Positions 1 to 11,777 of a DNA stretch of 64,000 nt are shown piece by piece. The number at the start of each line of letters is the position of its first letter. The first letter of the stretch is position 1. The translations under genes were made by a program, and so were the position numbers. The notes beneath the pieces were generated by a model, which worked only from the letters and a program-made list of their open reading frames with translations, made no database searches and had not been told where the DNA came from. The stretch spans positions 1 to 64,000 of the forward strand of contig NIVC01001242.1 of assembly GCA_002269645.1 (NCBI GenBank). The letters are read 5' to 3'. This DNA is from Macrostomum lignano. Taxonomy: Eukaryota.

Positions 1-34
1 AGGCAATGCGAACCAACCAACCTCACAAATGCAG

Positions 35-3000
35 GCACCCGCTGCGAGAACAACATTGACGACTGCGCCACCAATCCGTGCATAAACGGCCTGTGTAAAG
101 ATTTAATCAATAACTACACCTGCAGTTGCTATCAGGGCTGGCAAGGTCGGCACTGCTCAGCAAACATTAATGACTGCTTTGCTGGCGCCTGTCTGAATGG
201 CGGTCAGTGCATCGATGGCAATTCTAGGTTGGTAGAAAAACAATTTTTACGGACGATTTCACTTTATTGTGTTGCACTCCGTTTATGACTCAGGGGTTGG
301 CGCTCTCTGCAGAAAGATTAGGCGTTTCTGTTTGCACGGGTTCAATTTTTTTATTTATTTCATCTCTGACTTGTGTAACAAAATGTGTACCAGAATGATT
401 AAATTGATTCTTAAAACCAGCGAGTGATTTTAGGCATAAGACGCAGGATTTTTTTATTAGAGGCAGGGGTTGTGTGCACCCTGGCGCACTTTAAGCGACA
501 TAGGCACACAACCGGCGAGAGGCATTACTGCCCATTCCGCCGACTCCCCTGAGCAGGCATACAAGCGCGCGGATACGTACGCAGGCACACGCTCACACAG
601 GAGTGTACAGCGGCCCTAACTTTATATTATCGTTAGACATGTACACTTCACTGCGCCTTGGGGGGGTTGGCTCTCAAAGCCGTTAATTGCACGAGCAGAG
701 CCAAGCCGAGATTCCAATTCAGCCCCAAATTAATGTGACTGCACTTGGAATCGAGCCTGGGTCGCTGGCACACCAGAGCAGCTCCGCTACCGCTGGGCTA
801 CGGCCCCCTATATTTAACATGGAATCCTACGAGTATTTTATAAAGGAAAAGCTTTAAAAAAGGCAAGATATATACTCAGCAACATCGAAAAGTCGCCATC
901 ACAGAATATTCACTATGTAGTCGCCACTTTTGAGATCGCAGGTAAAGTCTCTCGATCTTTGCGAGTGACGCAGCTTAGCTACGCCACGCGGCAGACTTGA
1001 GTTCAGGAATGAAGTGGGGGAAGCGGTGTGCTAGGGTTGGACGGATTAAAGCTACGAATCTATAAAGCTATAAAGCTACAGCTAGAATGGCGAATTTTCA
1101 ATGTTGCTGAGTATATATCACAATATAACCACTGGCTCTCTTTTCTATCAAAAGCAATAACGACTTTTGTGCTGAAAAAAATGAAAACCTTCATTCTTCA
1201 TAATGTATATTTTCGGTTCAATCAATTCTATTATATAGTCAAGTGGGTTAATTTAAACCCATAAAATGCGCCCACACCTTGACAGCTACACCTGCAACTG
1301 CTCCGATACGGGATTTCGCGGTGCCAACTGCAGCGAAAACATTGACGATTGCGCTTCACCATCCAACCCCTGCTCCAACGGTGGCGTCTGCATTGACGGA
1401 GTGAAAAATTACACATGCCAGTGTCTGGCTGGCTACTCCGGCAGGAACTGCACGGTGGATGAGCCGGACTGCAGTCCAAACCCGTGCCACTACAATGGCA
1501 CCTGCTTAGAGAGAAGCAACCAGGCTCTGTATGGCAATGCCAGCCTGCCATATCCATTTGATGGTGTGTTTAACTATTCAGCGGCTGCTGGGTTTGTGTG
1601 CCTCTGTCCGAATGGTAAGTTCTCTTCTGAGTTCAGTTAGCTTCTGCTATTCACTGAGTCCACTCACTGCCATTTGTTCACAATTTAAACAATTTGCGAC
1701 AAAATTTGAAACTAACGCTTTTGAGCCTTACACCATAGGCTTGTGTAAGCGACCCTTAATATCATAGTGTGCTCGCAACCTGAAAAAACCCTTGGACTTA
1801 AAATGTATTTAAAGGCAAGTCATTTTAGAATCCGTCGACATGTGGCATAATGAATTGAGTTTTTTAAAATCGATGAAATGAAGCTACCTTGGCCAAGCGA
1901 ACTCATATCGTAGTGTTATTTGATCGTTGCACTAACATTTAATTAGACCGATAGAAGTCGGTCTAAGTGCTTTAAGGAATACTGACTTCTAACGGTATGA
2001 ATCATATGTTATTTAAACTTACCACTATCACTTATCACTTAGCGTTACAAGAATCGCTAAAGTGTCATTGCAAACAACTCCCTAGTGACTCAAACGACTA
2101 GTGACCTAGTGACCCTAGTGTCGTTTAACAACTCAAACGACTGTAATAAGATAAAGATGCGAGTTTTGAGTCACGAGCACATCGAATGCTTTCAAAAATT
2201 GTTAAAACAGTCGCGAAAAAGTCCTCCAAAAGCCATCGTGTTAGCGCTTAACTTTCTGATAACTTCAGTAGACTAAATAGAGTTGCTATAAGTTATTAGT
2301 GCGAAATGCGATTCTAATTTAAAAAGTAACGCAGCTTACTTACTAGTTGCAGACAATAAAACGCCTCAAATTGACTCTTAAAGGACTTTGACGACTGGTA
2401 CCGTGACATCTCGTCGTTTTGGAGTCGTCTAGAGTCACTTCTTTGCTTTTTTACCTGTGTTCCCTGCAACTTGTCCACCTGCACTCAAATTACTATCCAA
2501 TATAGTTCATTTTCTGCACCAAAGGCTCATCTGGAAATGACTGCTCCATCAACCCGAACGACTGTCTGGACCCGGCCACCAACCGCAGCCTGTGCGCTCA
2601 CGCGTCGAGCTGCACGGACGGCCTGGCCTCATTCACCTGCCACTGCCTGCCCGGCTACGAGGGCCCGACCTGCTCAATCGACATAAACGAGTGCGAACGG
2701 TTCGGACAGCCGTGTCAGAACGGAGCCGTCTGCAAGGATCTGGTAGCGGATTATGCCTGCACCGGCTGCACCGCTGAGTTCGGAGGCAAAAACTGCAGCG
2801 TCAGACTGACTGGCTGCGACTCCAGCCCGTGCGAGAACAATGCTACTTGCGAGCCGCTGCTTCTTCGCGAGCTGCCATCACCTGATCACGGCTACCGCTG
2901 CACCTGCAAGCCTGGCTGGTCTGGACCGCAGTGCAACGAGAACACTCTGGCTTCATTCAACGGGACGTCCAGTTTCAGCGCCAATTTCACCACAACAGCT

Positions 3001-6000
3001 GACTGCACCTTCGAGCTGTCGTTCCGCACGAGTCTCGCCCACTTCGATCTGGTCCGGCTCTCGTCTCACTGGGGAGACATCCGAGTCGGCGCTCACGACT
3101 CCAGTCTCGTGTTGTTGCTCTTCAATGCCTCATCGTCTTTGATTGGTCGGGCCGCTTGGCCAATCAGTGACAGCTTGGCCTCTACTGATTGGCTGACGCT
3201 GTCGGTCTCGCTGACCAATGGCAGTGCGACATTGAGTCGCAGTGAGTCAGGAGTGAGTCAGATGCCTGGAGCACAGCTGGTCGATGGACTGTCGGACTCA
3301 TTCAGGCCGAACAGTCGAATGTCAGTTCGTGTCGGCGGCGAGAGCGGATCCGGCATCGACGGCGGCGGCTTCCGCGGCTGCGTGAGAGACCTGCGGCTCG
3401 TGACGAACGACTCGACATTGGTCGCTACGGAGAGGACGGCGGAGTCGAGCAACGCGACCTGGGGAGTCTGCAGTCGGTCGGTGCAGTGCGGCAGCCCGTC
3501 GCCTTGTGAAGCAAAGACGAGCTCGATGTGCTCAGATGTGTGGAATGACTTTGTGTGCCACTGCGCTGCGGGCTTCGGAGGCCGAAACTGCTCCGTTGAG
3601 CTTCCATCGTTCTCACTGGGTTTGGGCGGCAGCGTGTCATCAGCGAGCTTCGCGTCTGCAGCAGGTGTGTCAAGTGTGTATGGCGGAGACTCGTGGACGA
3701 TTGAGCTGAGGCTGGTGACTTTGTCTCGAGGAGCGTTTCTGCTGCTGCTGGGCGACCCGAGCGACTCGGCGACCACTCCGAGACTGCTCGCTTCGGTCAG
3801 TGTCTTTTGTAGAAAACCAAATGAATCCAAGTGAATCCATTTATAATTAGTCAGTTTTTTTATTACTGACTTTTACTACGTGAATCTTACCGGTGGCTTT
3901 TCCGTAAACAGCGTGTCTCGACGTCTTGTTTGGATTAACGTCAAACAAAGCACATTAATATTTGTTTATTTATTTGCTAGTCCTAAGCGTAGTTTTTCAA
4001 AAATATTCGTCCCTATGCTTGAATTGTCCAAAAGCAAAACTGCATTGACTATCAGTTGAGCCATTTACTAACTTTCAGATTGACAACAGTGGCCGTCTGT
4101 CCGCCCAGTTACTGCACAGCAACGGCTCCGACATCGCAGCGCTGACGTCCTCAGACTCGGTGGCCACCGGCAGCTTCGTCTCCGTAAATATCTCCGTGTC
4201 GATATCGGGTCGCTCGCTGTCGCTGTCAGTGTCATCTTCAGTCAGGTCGGCATCGCTGAGCAGTGCGAGTCCGCTGCCGCAGCTGTCAGGCCAGCTCATC
4301 ATCGGCGGCTTCAGCGGCGCCAAGCCAGCCCCGGCTCCGCCGTTGAGCGGCAGCGTCAGCAGATCAAGGAGATCGCTGCCATCCAGTGTCGCCGCAGCTG
4401 TTGGCAATGACACAACGGCATTTCGCGGAGTGCTGAGCTCAGTGAGACTCAACGGTGACACGCCGCTACTGCTGGGCCCTGTGCCCGCCGGGTTGATTGA
4501 CAGCCTGCCAACAGCCGTTAGCGCCGACAACTCCACAGAAGTGACCACTGGGGCTCGCACTGAGAGCGTCTGCGTAGCTTTCACACCCTGCCAGAATGGA
4601 GGGAACTGTTCGGATGTGTTTTACAACTCCTACTCGTGAGGCTTTGCTGATTGCTTCTTTATTTTATTGTAGAGAGTCATTTGAGCTCCCATGACCTCCC
4701 CACTAAGATCCATGCGTCACTACAAAAATTTAATTTGATAAGTTTGGTAGTAATTTTCCATTTTTACTCGTAGGTGCAATTGCACCGCTGGATGGCGAGG
4801 ACGCAACTGCTCAGACCGAGACCTGTGCCACCCATCCGCCGGCTCGTGTCCGAACGGCACCCAGTGCGTCAATCTGGACGGCTCCGGTGGATTTGAGTGT
4901 GAGAGAATTTTGCTTGTATTAATCTGTGATTTTTATTTCCCTAAAGTCCCAAATCCCCTATTCAGTCTCTCCAAAATCCCTTTGAAAACTTACTAAAGTC
5001 ATTTCAAACAACTCGCTAGTGACTCTAAAGTGACTCTGAATTGACTATTGTGACTTTTTAACGACTCAAACGCGTCAAATTCGTTTGGGAGGCGGCTGTT
5101 GCGTACAAGCTCGCCACGTAAGTTGGACGACTCAAAAGAGTTGCTGTGTTGACGCCTAAATTTGTTTAGAGATTTGACTCATATTCATCAAGGTAATCTA
5201 CCCAGTGGTTTTACTGCAAATCTAGCGCGCGCATCAAATACGACTGAATCTACGGCTTAAAAGTCGTTTCAAAGTCGCAGACAATAAGACGCCTCAAATT
5301 AACTCTCCTATACGACTTTTTGACCACTTTTGGCGATTTGTACCGTGACATCTCGTCGCTTTAGAGCAGGGGTCGACAAACTTTTTATTTCAAGGGCCGG
5401 GTAAAGAAGCTAGATCATTGCTGCTGGCCAGACAAGCGCGTCAAAGAGAGGGAATGGGGGAGAGAGAAGAAGAAAGGGAGGAGAGATGAGATAGGATATG
5501 TGATTAGGGGAGGAGATGAGAAGAGACAAACCTTGAGCGAGCTGGATCGCTATTGTGAAGTTTCAAAGAACCCGAGGTCCGGATAGAGAGGCTTCGCGGG
5601 CCGGAGTTTTCCGATCGCTGCTTTAGAGTCATCTACATGTAGAGTCACTTCTTTCCTACAAGTATTTTACCTGTGTTACCTGCAGCGACTCTGTGGCGAC
5701 ACACAAGTGACTGTTGTCACGTTTGACACAAGTGACCATCAATTCCCCATTGCCAGGTCGCGCGGCTGCCACATTCGGCAGCAATCTGCAGTCGCCGCCC
5801 AGCAGCAGTCAGCTGATTCTGTCCGCATCCAGTCTAAATGAGTCCCTAGCAACGGTTACCGGGTGGGCTCGAACCCGTCAGTCGGACTGTCAGCTGCTGT
5901 CAGTGTCCAGCGGCGGTCGTCAGCTGACTGTGGGCTGCAGCTCCGGTCAACTGCAGGCCGGCCTTGACAACCAGACAGCGTTGGTAGCGGTTGGCATAGC

Positions 6001-9000
6001 AACGGGTTTACCGTTCACCTTTAGCGTAAATTGTTCTGCGGGCTCACCTCTCAGCCTGCAGGTATCTGTCAATAGCAGCGACTCGGTCTCGGTGTCCAGC
6101 AAGTCTGCCCTAGCAACCGACTTGTTGCTAGACTCCGCTGCCAAGGTTACCTTGGGCGGCGTCAAATTCAAAGGTTGCCTTGACAACGTGCGACTCAACG
6201 GTCGTCTGGCACCTCTGGCGAATCGATCGCTGCTTCCTAGCGGAGCTGTCGGGTTCGAGTGGGCCTCGGAGTCAGTGTCCGCACCTATGATCGGTTGTCA
6301 TGGCGACCAGGTGTGCCAGACTACTGTCAACGAGCGGGCAGAGAACGTGTGCCAGAATTCTGGCAGGTGCACCGATCTGTGGAACAAGTTCGAGTGCAGC
6401 TGCACTGATGGCTTCTATGGCGACACTTGCTCGGCGAAACTTGGCGCCACTGCGAGCGTCTCCACGGCTGTCATCATCGCCGTGTCCGTTGTGGGCCTCG
6501 TCATCATCATCTCTGTTGGTGAGTTAATGTTGATGCAGCTGAAACTGCAGTGACGGACACTTTCTGTGACAGAAACGTCAGTGACAGACACTTCAGTGAC
6601 AGACACTCCAGTGACAGATACTTCACTGACAGACACTTCACTGACAGACACTTCACTGACAGACACTTCACTGACAGACACTTCACTGACAAACACTTCA
6701 CTGACAGACACTCCAGTGACAGATACTTCACTGACAGACACTTCACTGACAGACACTTCACTGACAGACACTTCACTGACAGACACTTCACTGACAAACA
6801 CTTCACTGACAGACACTCCAGTGACAGATACTTCACTGACAGACACTTCACTGACAGACACTTCACTGACAGACACTTCACTGACAGACACTCCAGTGAC
6901 AGACACTCCAATGACAGACACTCCGGTGACAGACGCTCCCGTGACAGACACTTCACTGACAGACACTTCACTGACAGACACTCCAGTGACAGACACTCCA
7001 GTGACAGACACTCCAGTGACAGACCCTCCCGTGACAGACACTTCAGTGACAGACAATTTACTGATAGGCACTCCAGTGACAGACACTTCACTGATAGACA
7101 CTCCCGTGACAGACACGCAAACAACAGCTATACAGAATTGTATTTACAGAATGACACAATTTTCTTTTTAATTCTTATCTAGGCAGAAGAGTTTCTTAAT
7201 TTACCCACGTGGGAGAGAGTTTAGGTTATAAATTATTTAACTTTGAGCCTTGTTAGCCCCGTTCAGTATGTGTCAGCCTGCCTATTGTGATCGTGCTTCT
7301 TGGCATGCAATGCCAAGAGTTATTAATTAATTTGATATCTCATTTTATACTTGTGCCAACTTCTAATTAGATATGTTCTCAGCAATCTGCAGCAAAGCGG
7401 GTTGTAGCCTAGTGGTTAGAGCGTCGGAATCACGACTGAAAGATTGGGGGTTCGATTCTTGGACCACTCAGAACAATTTATCAATCTGCAGAAATCAGTT
7501 ATAAATCTGCAGTAATCAGTTATCAATCTGCTGTAATCAGTTATCAACCTGCTGTAATCAGTTATCAACCTGCTGTAATCAGTTATCAATCTGCAGTAAT
7601 CAGTCATCAATCTGCAGTAATCAGTTATCAATCTGCAGTAATCAGTTATCAATCTGCAGTAATCAGTTATCAATCTGCAGTAATCAGTTGTCAATCTGCA
7701 GTAATCAGTTATCAATCTGCTGTAATCAGTTATCAATCTGCTGTAATCAGTTATCAATCTGCAGTAATCAGTTATCAATCTGCAGTAATCAGTTATCAAT
7801 CTGCAGTAATCAGTTGTCAATCTACAGTAATCAGTTATCAATCTGCTGTAAACAATTATCAATCTGCAGTAATCAGTTATCAATCTGCAGTAATCAGTTA
7901 TCAATCTGCAGTAATCAGTTATCAATCTGCAGTAATCAGTTATCAATCTGCAGTAATCAGTTATCAATCTAGAGTAATCAGCTATCAATCTGCAGTAATC
8001 AGTTATCAATCTAGAGTAATCAGTTATCAATCTGCTGTAAACAATTATCAATCTGCAGTAATCAGTTATCAATCTGCAGTAATCAGTTATCAATCTGCTG
8101 TAATCAGTTATCAATCTGCAGTAATCAGTTATCAATCTGCAGTAATCAGTTATCAATCTGCAGTAATCAGTTATCAATCTGCAGTAATCAGTTATCAATC
8201 TGCAATAATCAGTTATCAATCTGCAATAATCAGTTATCAATCTGCTGTAATCAGTTATCAATCTGCTGTCATCAGTTATCAATCTGCTGTAATCAGTTAT
8301 CAATCTGCTGTAATCAGTTATCAATCTGCAGTAATCAGTTATCAATCTGCAGTAATCAGTTGTCAATCTACAGTAATCAGTTATCAATCTGCTGAAACAA
8401 TTATCAATCTGCAGTAATCAGTTATCAATCTGCAGTAATCAGTTATCAATCTGCAGTAATCAGTTATCAATCTGCAGTAATCAGTTATCAATCTGCAGTA
8501 ATCAGTTATCAATCTGGAGTAATCAGTTATCAATCTAGAGTAATCAGCTATCAATCTGCAGTAATCAGTTATCAATCTAGAGTAATCAGTTATCAATCTG
8601 CTGTAAACAATGATCAATCTGCAGTAATCAGTTATCAATCTGCAGTAATCAGTTATCAATCTGCTGTAATCAGTTATCAATCTGCAGTAATCAGTTATCA
8701 ATCTGCTGTAAACAATTATCAATCTGCAGTAATCAGTTATCAATCTGCCGTAATCAGTTATCAATCTGCAATAATCAGTTATCAATCTGCAATAATCAGT
8801 TATCAATCTGCTGTAATCAGTTATCAATCTGCTGTAATCAGTTATCAATCTGCTGTAATCAGTTATCAATCTGCTGTAATCAGTTATCAATCTGCAGTAA
8901 TCAGTTATCAATCTGCAGTAATCAGTTGTCAATCTACAGTAATCAGTTATCAATCTGCTGTAAACAATTATCAATCTATAGTAATCAGTTATCAATCTGC

Positions 9001-9463
9001 AGTAATCAGTTATCAATCTGCAGTAATCAGTTATCAATCTAGAGTAATCAGCTATCAATCTGCAGTAATCAGTTATCAATCTAGAGTAATCAGTTATCAA
9101 TCTGCTGTAAACAATTATCAATCTGCTGTAATTAGTTATCAATCTGCAGTAATCAGTTATCAATCTGCTGTAATCAGTTATCAATCTGTATTAATCCACT
9201 TCCTGAACCGGTCTTATGCAAAGTTTAAATTTCTAAGCCGGCAAACTCTACTAAAAGTAAGCTAATCGTAAAATGACTTAATTGTTATTATTTAATTTTT
9301 ATTTCAACCCGAACTTCCAGTTGCAGTGCTGCTATTCAAGTACGTGCAGAACCGTCGCAAAGAGTCTGGCACCTACGGCCCGTCCAAGGCTGAGAGCCGG
9401 AGCAACGCCCACGCGCAGGCCCAGCCACCTGTGAGGCCACCGCCTGAGGAGCGCCTCATTTGA
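35..9463 (+). CDS. crb: Crumbs homolog (gene A), 3' portion; 5' exons lie upstream of the window
   Basis: Phase-consistent GT-AG exons 35-227, 1286-1614, 2525-3795, 4079-4635, 4774-4898, 5757-6518, 9321-9463. They encode Ca-binding EGF repeats, the Crumbs-type long EGF ([10 protein letters not shown]...GFVCLC), three LamG domains separated by EGFs, TM ([23 protein letters not shown]) and tail [41 protein letters not shown] with FERM-binding GTYxPSxxE and PDZ-binding ERLI. Confidence 0.95.
449..808 (-). mobile_element. tRNA-derived SINE, copy 1
   Basis: - strand head GGGGCCGTAGCCCAGCGG (A box)...GGCTCGATTCC (B box), A-rich tail; homologous to 50279-50633. Confidence 0.75.
873..1113. mobile_element. 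TA-flanked MITE, copy 1 (Tc1/mariner-type)
   Basis: TIR TACTCAGCAACAT(C/T)GAAAA, TA on both sides; second copy at 51312-51582. Confidence 0.8.
2085..2460. repeat. Interspersed GTGACTC/GAGTCAC-rich repeat in crb introns, copy 1
   Basis: The block GACAATAA.ACGCCTCAAATT.ACTCT...GTACCGTGACATCTCGTCG...TAGAGTCACTTCTTT...TTTTACCTGTGTT recurs at about 4985-5690. Confidence 0.65.
4985..5690. repeat. Same repeat, copy 2, interrupted by the hAT MITE
   Basis: Colinear with 2085-2460 once 5367-5628 is removed. Confidence 0.65.
5367..5620. mobile_element. hAT-type MITE
   Basis: 8-bp TSD CTTTAGAG (5359-5366 and 5621-5628); imperfect TIR CAGGGGTCGACAAAC / CAGCGATCGGAAAAC. Confidence 0.8.
6551..7116. repeat. 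15-bp minisatellite (GACAGACACTTCACT)n in the last crb intron
   Basis: Direct reading; begins 33 nt after the 6518 donor. Confidence 0.95.
7398..7470 (+). pseudogene. tRNA-like sequence (tRNA-Val(CAC)-like pseudogene or SINE head)
   Basis: GGGTTGTAGCCTAGTGGTTAGAGCGTCGGAATCACGACTGAAAGATTGGGGGTTCGATTCTTGGACCACTCA: A box TAGCCTAGTGG, B box GGTTCGATTC, poor acceptor and T stems. Confidence 0.6.
7478..9188. repeat. 21-bp minisatellite (TATCAATCTGCAGTAATCAGT)n in the last crb intron
   Basis: Direct reading, about 1.7 kb. Confidence 0.95.
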
Positions 9464-9546
9464 GTCTGTCCTTGATAAATACTTTGTCACTTATAAATGA
9501 GATATGGGAATTATGTCTTTTTCAAAGCGAAATTGCAATGAACATT

Positions 9547-9552
9547 AATAAA
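9547..9552 (+). promoter_or_regulatory. Putative polyadenylation signal of crb
   Basis: AATAAA about 85 nt after the TGA at 9461-9463. Confidence 0.5.
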
Positions 9553-11200
9553 CTTGCTAATTTCCATTGCGATGTATTGTCATGAGATATTGTGGTTATT
9601 AGATGTTTAATAACACGTCATAAAGATTTAATAGTTTTTATGGTACATGTATTAACTGTTTTATTATTAGTAGAAGTGTTGTACAAAAATGTTGTAAATT
9701 GAGTACAGTATTGAGGTGGGCGGGTTCACTGCAGTAACATTCCACTGTGTTTTTAACTGTGCTTGAGAACATTCTCAGTTTTCTGTTTATAACCAGCAGA
9801 TATTCACAAGTGCTTCCTGTACTATTAGGCGCATACATTTTCATTGATATTTTATTTCCAGCAGACAGCTTAACTGTTAATATTTTTTCCAGCCGTATAT
9901 TAAAAATTGTTATAATCAGCTTTATATATTTTGCGTGTATTTTTAAAATCTAATTTGACTGTCTTGTAGAACTGCATTTCAGATGATTAAGCAACGCAAG
10001 CTGTTTCAGACTCGTAATAATTAATTAATTAAGTGCTGGTCTGCGAGCTGAAATTATAAGTTCGCAGGAAAATTATATATTTTTTTATAATCCATTCTTA
10101 TATTTCCAGGTTTTTACTTGTAATTGTGTGTTTTTTAGTTTTATTGCACTTAATTAATCAAAAAGTATTGCTTAGATTGGTTAGTAAATTCCACACTTGT
10201 TGAACAAACATTGGCCTTTGCTGTGGTCGCTTCGATCAATTCAGTTTATTTTATTTTTATTTTTCTAGCTCAAAAAACTTGAGTAAAGAATTTTTTGATA
10301 TGCTACCTATTTGAATTAACGACTGATAATGTGTGACATAATTTTTATTCCAAACAGCTGCAGCAGTTTTTGGCGGGCATGTTGTACTTAAATGTTAAAT
10401 TTATTATGAATACACAAGTTGCGTTTTTATTTCAAATTTATCACAATGATTTATGATGCATTGCTGCATCGGCAGTTTAAATAAATAATCATGCTCAAAT
10501 CTATTTATAATATTGTTTATACTTTTCATTTTTCAATCTTGGTAGATAGCTTCAAATTACTAATAACTAAACTAGTGCTCGAGCTTTGATGCAACCCAGC
10601 TTTTCCTACGTGGTTTTCTTGATTACTTCGTCCTTTCAGAAACGTTAAACAGTTAAAGTAGAAAAAGGGTAGCATTAGTGACAGTATATTTTAAGACAAT
10701 TCAGCTGTAATATGAGCGTTACTGACCGCTCTCCAATATCACTTCTTGTGCTGATGTGAATGAAGCTTGGAAAGAAAGCACACTTTTCCTCCTGTCGAAA
10801 CACCAAGGGGGATCCCGCCTTCGACAGCAACGCAGGCACACAAAATTCCAAAACACGGGCCAACTTGAGTTTGCGCACCTTCTCAAACAAGAATTAACAA
10901 GTCGGTAGCTCACCGGACCTTTGAGATATTCGACGATTCTGCAGGAAGGTTGGATTTTTCTCCATAAGCGCTAGCATATTCAATAGGTAGATTTGAACAT
11001 TCAATGGGCCTCGTACATTGAAGATTATCAAATCGATTCTTTCATTTTATTTAAGAAGTCGAGCATCAACTTAAGAAAAGGCCAGCCATTTTAAGCAGAA
11101 ATAATTGGCATTTTGAAAGTTATCAAAATCGAATGGGAACCTGATTCAGTTGTACTGATCATACTGTCAAAATTATAATATTGATTTGTCAAGTTCAACA

Positions 11201-11486
11201 TGAAGACGTCCGCCCTGCAATTTGGGAGCCGTTGCTGTGCAGTAACTGGGCGGACAGACGGCCAGAATGATAGATCTGAAAAGGTGTAAAAAACAAAGTT
11301 GACTTTAAAATATCTCATGCAGTCAAACAAAGGCGTCATAAAAGCTACTGACCGTACGCTCGTAGCCAGCAGTCTCAGAGTGGTCGCCGAGTCGCTCGGG
11401 TCGCCCAGCAGCAGCAGAAACGCTGCTCGAGACAAAGTCACCAGCCTCAGCTCAATCGTCCACGAGTCTCCGCCATACACACTTGA
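11201..11486 (-). pseudogene. Relic Crumbs-like paralog F (two exon fragments of the LamG region)
   Basis: 11353-11486 encodes ...[39 protein letters not shown] with an 8-nt insertion before the donor. 11201-11275 encodes [25 protein letters not shown] followed by C and a stop. Truncated upstream, next to a satellite array. Confidence 0.8.
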
Positions 11487-11548
11487 ATAATTTGGGAAAG
11501 AATCAAAACTTGCTGACGATACTCGCTAGTATCAATAGATACCAAAGA

Positions 11549-11760
11549 GCGCCAGCATCAGGGGCTTTAGCACCAGGGGCTTTAGCACCAGGGGCTTTAG
11601 CACCAGGGGCTTTAGCACCAGGGGCTTTAGCACCAGGGGCGCCAGCACCAGGGGCGCCAGCACCAGGGGCGCCAGCACCAGCGGCGCCAGCACCAGGGGC
11701 GCCAGCACCAGGGGCGCCAGCACCAGGGGCGCCAGCACCAGGGGCGCCAGCACCAGGGGC
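11549..11760 (-). repeat. 15-bp satellite (CCTGGTGCTGGCGCC / CCTGGTGCTAAAGCC), array 1
   Basis: Reverse orientation; AAAGCC variant on the left, GGCGCC variant on the right. Confidence 0.95.
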
Positions 11761-11777
11761 GACATGACATGACCGTT

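Noticed and set aside
3258-4584. Long antisense ORFs opposite EGF/LamG exons (also 19336, 34361, 44421, 44979, 55503)
   Set aside because: Shadow frames of GC-rich coding exons; they recur only because the sense exons are paralogous.
5686-5756. Upstream CTGCAG acceptor at 5685 for the LamG3 exon
   Set aside because: It gives a stop in phase. The acceptor at 5756 restores GFEC-RAAATF in frame.
7398-7470. Functional tRNA gene
   Set aside because: Acceptor and T stems do not pair properly, so it was kept only as tRNA-like.
6415-9184. Long repetitive ORFs (TDTSL, LITDYCR, SVKCL)
   Set aside because: Translations of 15- and 21-bp minisatellites within the last crb intron; the flanking exons join in phase without them.
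7478-9188. Possible CRISPR-like array
   Set aside because: Head-to-tail repeats with no unique spacers, no cas genes, eukaryotic context.
35-9463. Notch, Slit or Eyes-shut identity for gene A
   Set aside because: No LNR/ankyrin or LRR domains; the TM plus GTY...EERLI tail is diagnostic for Crumbs.
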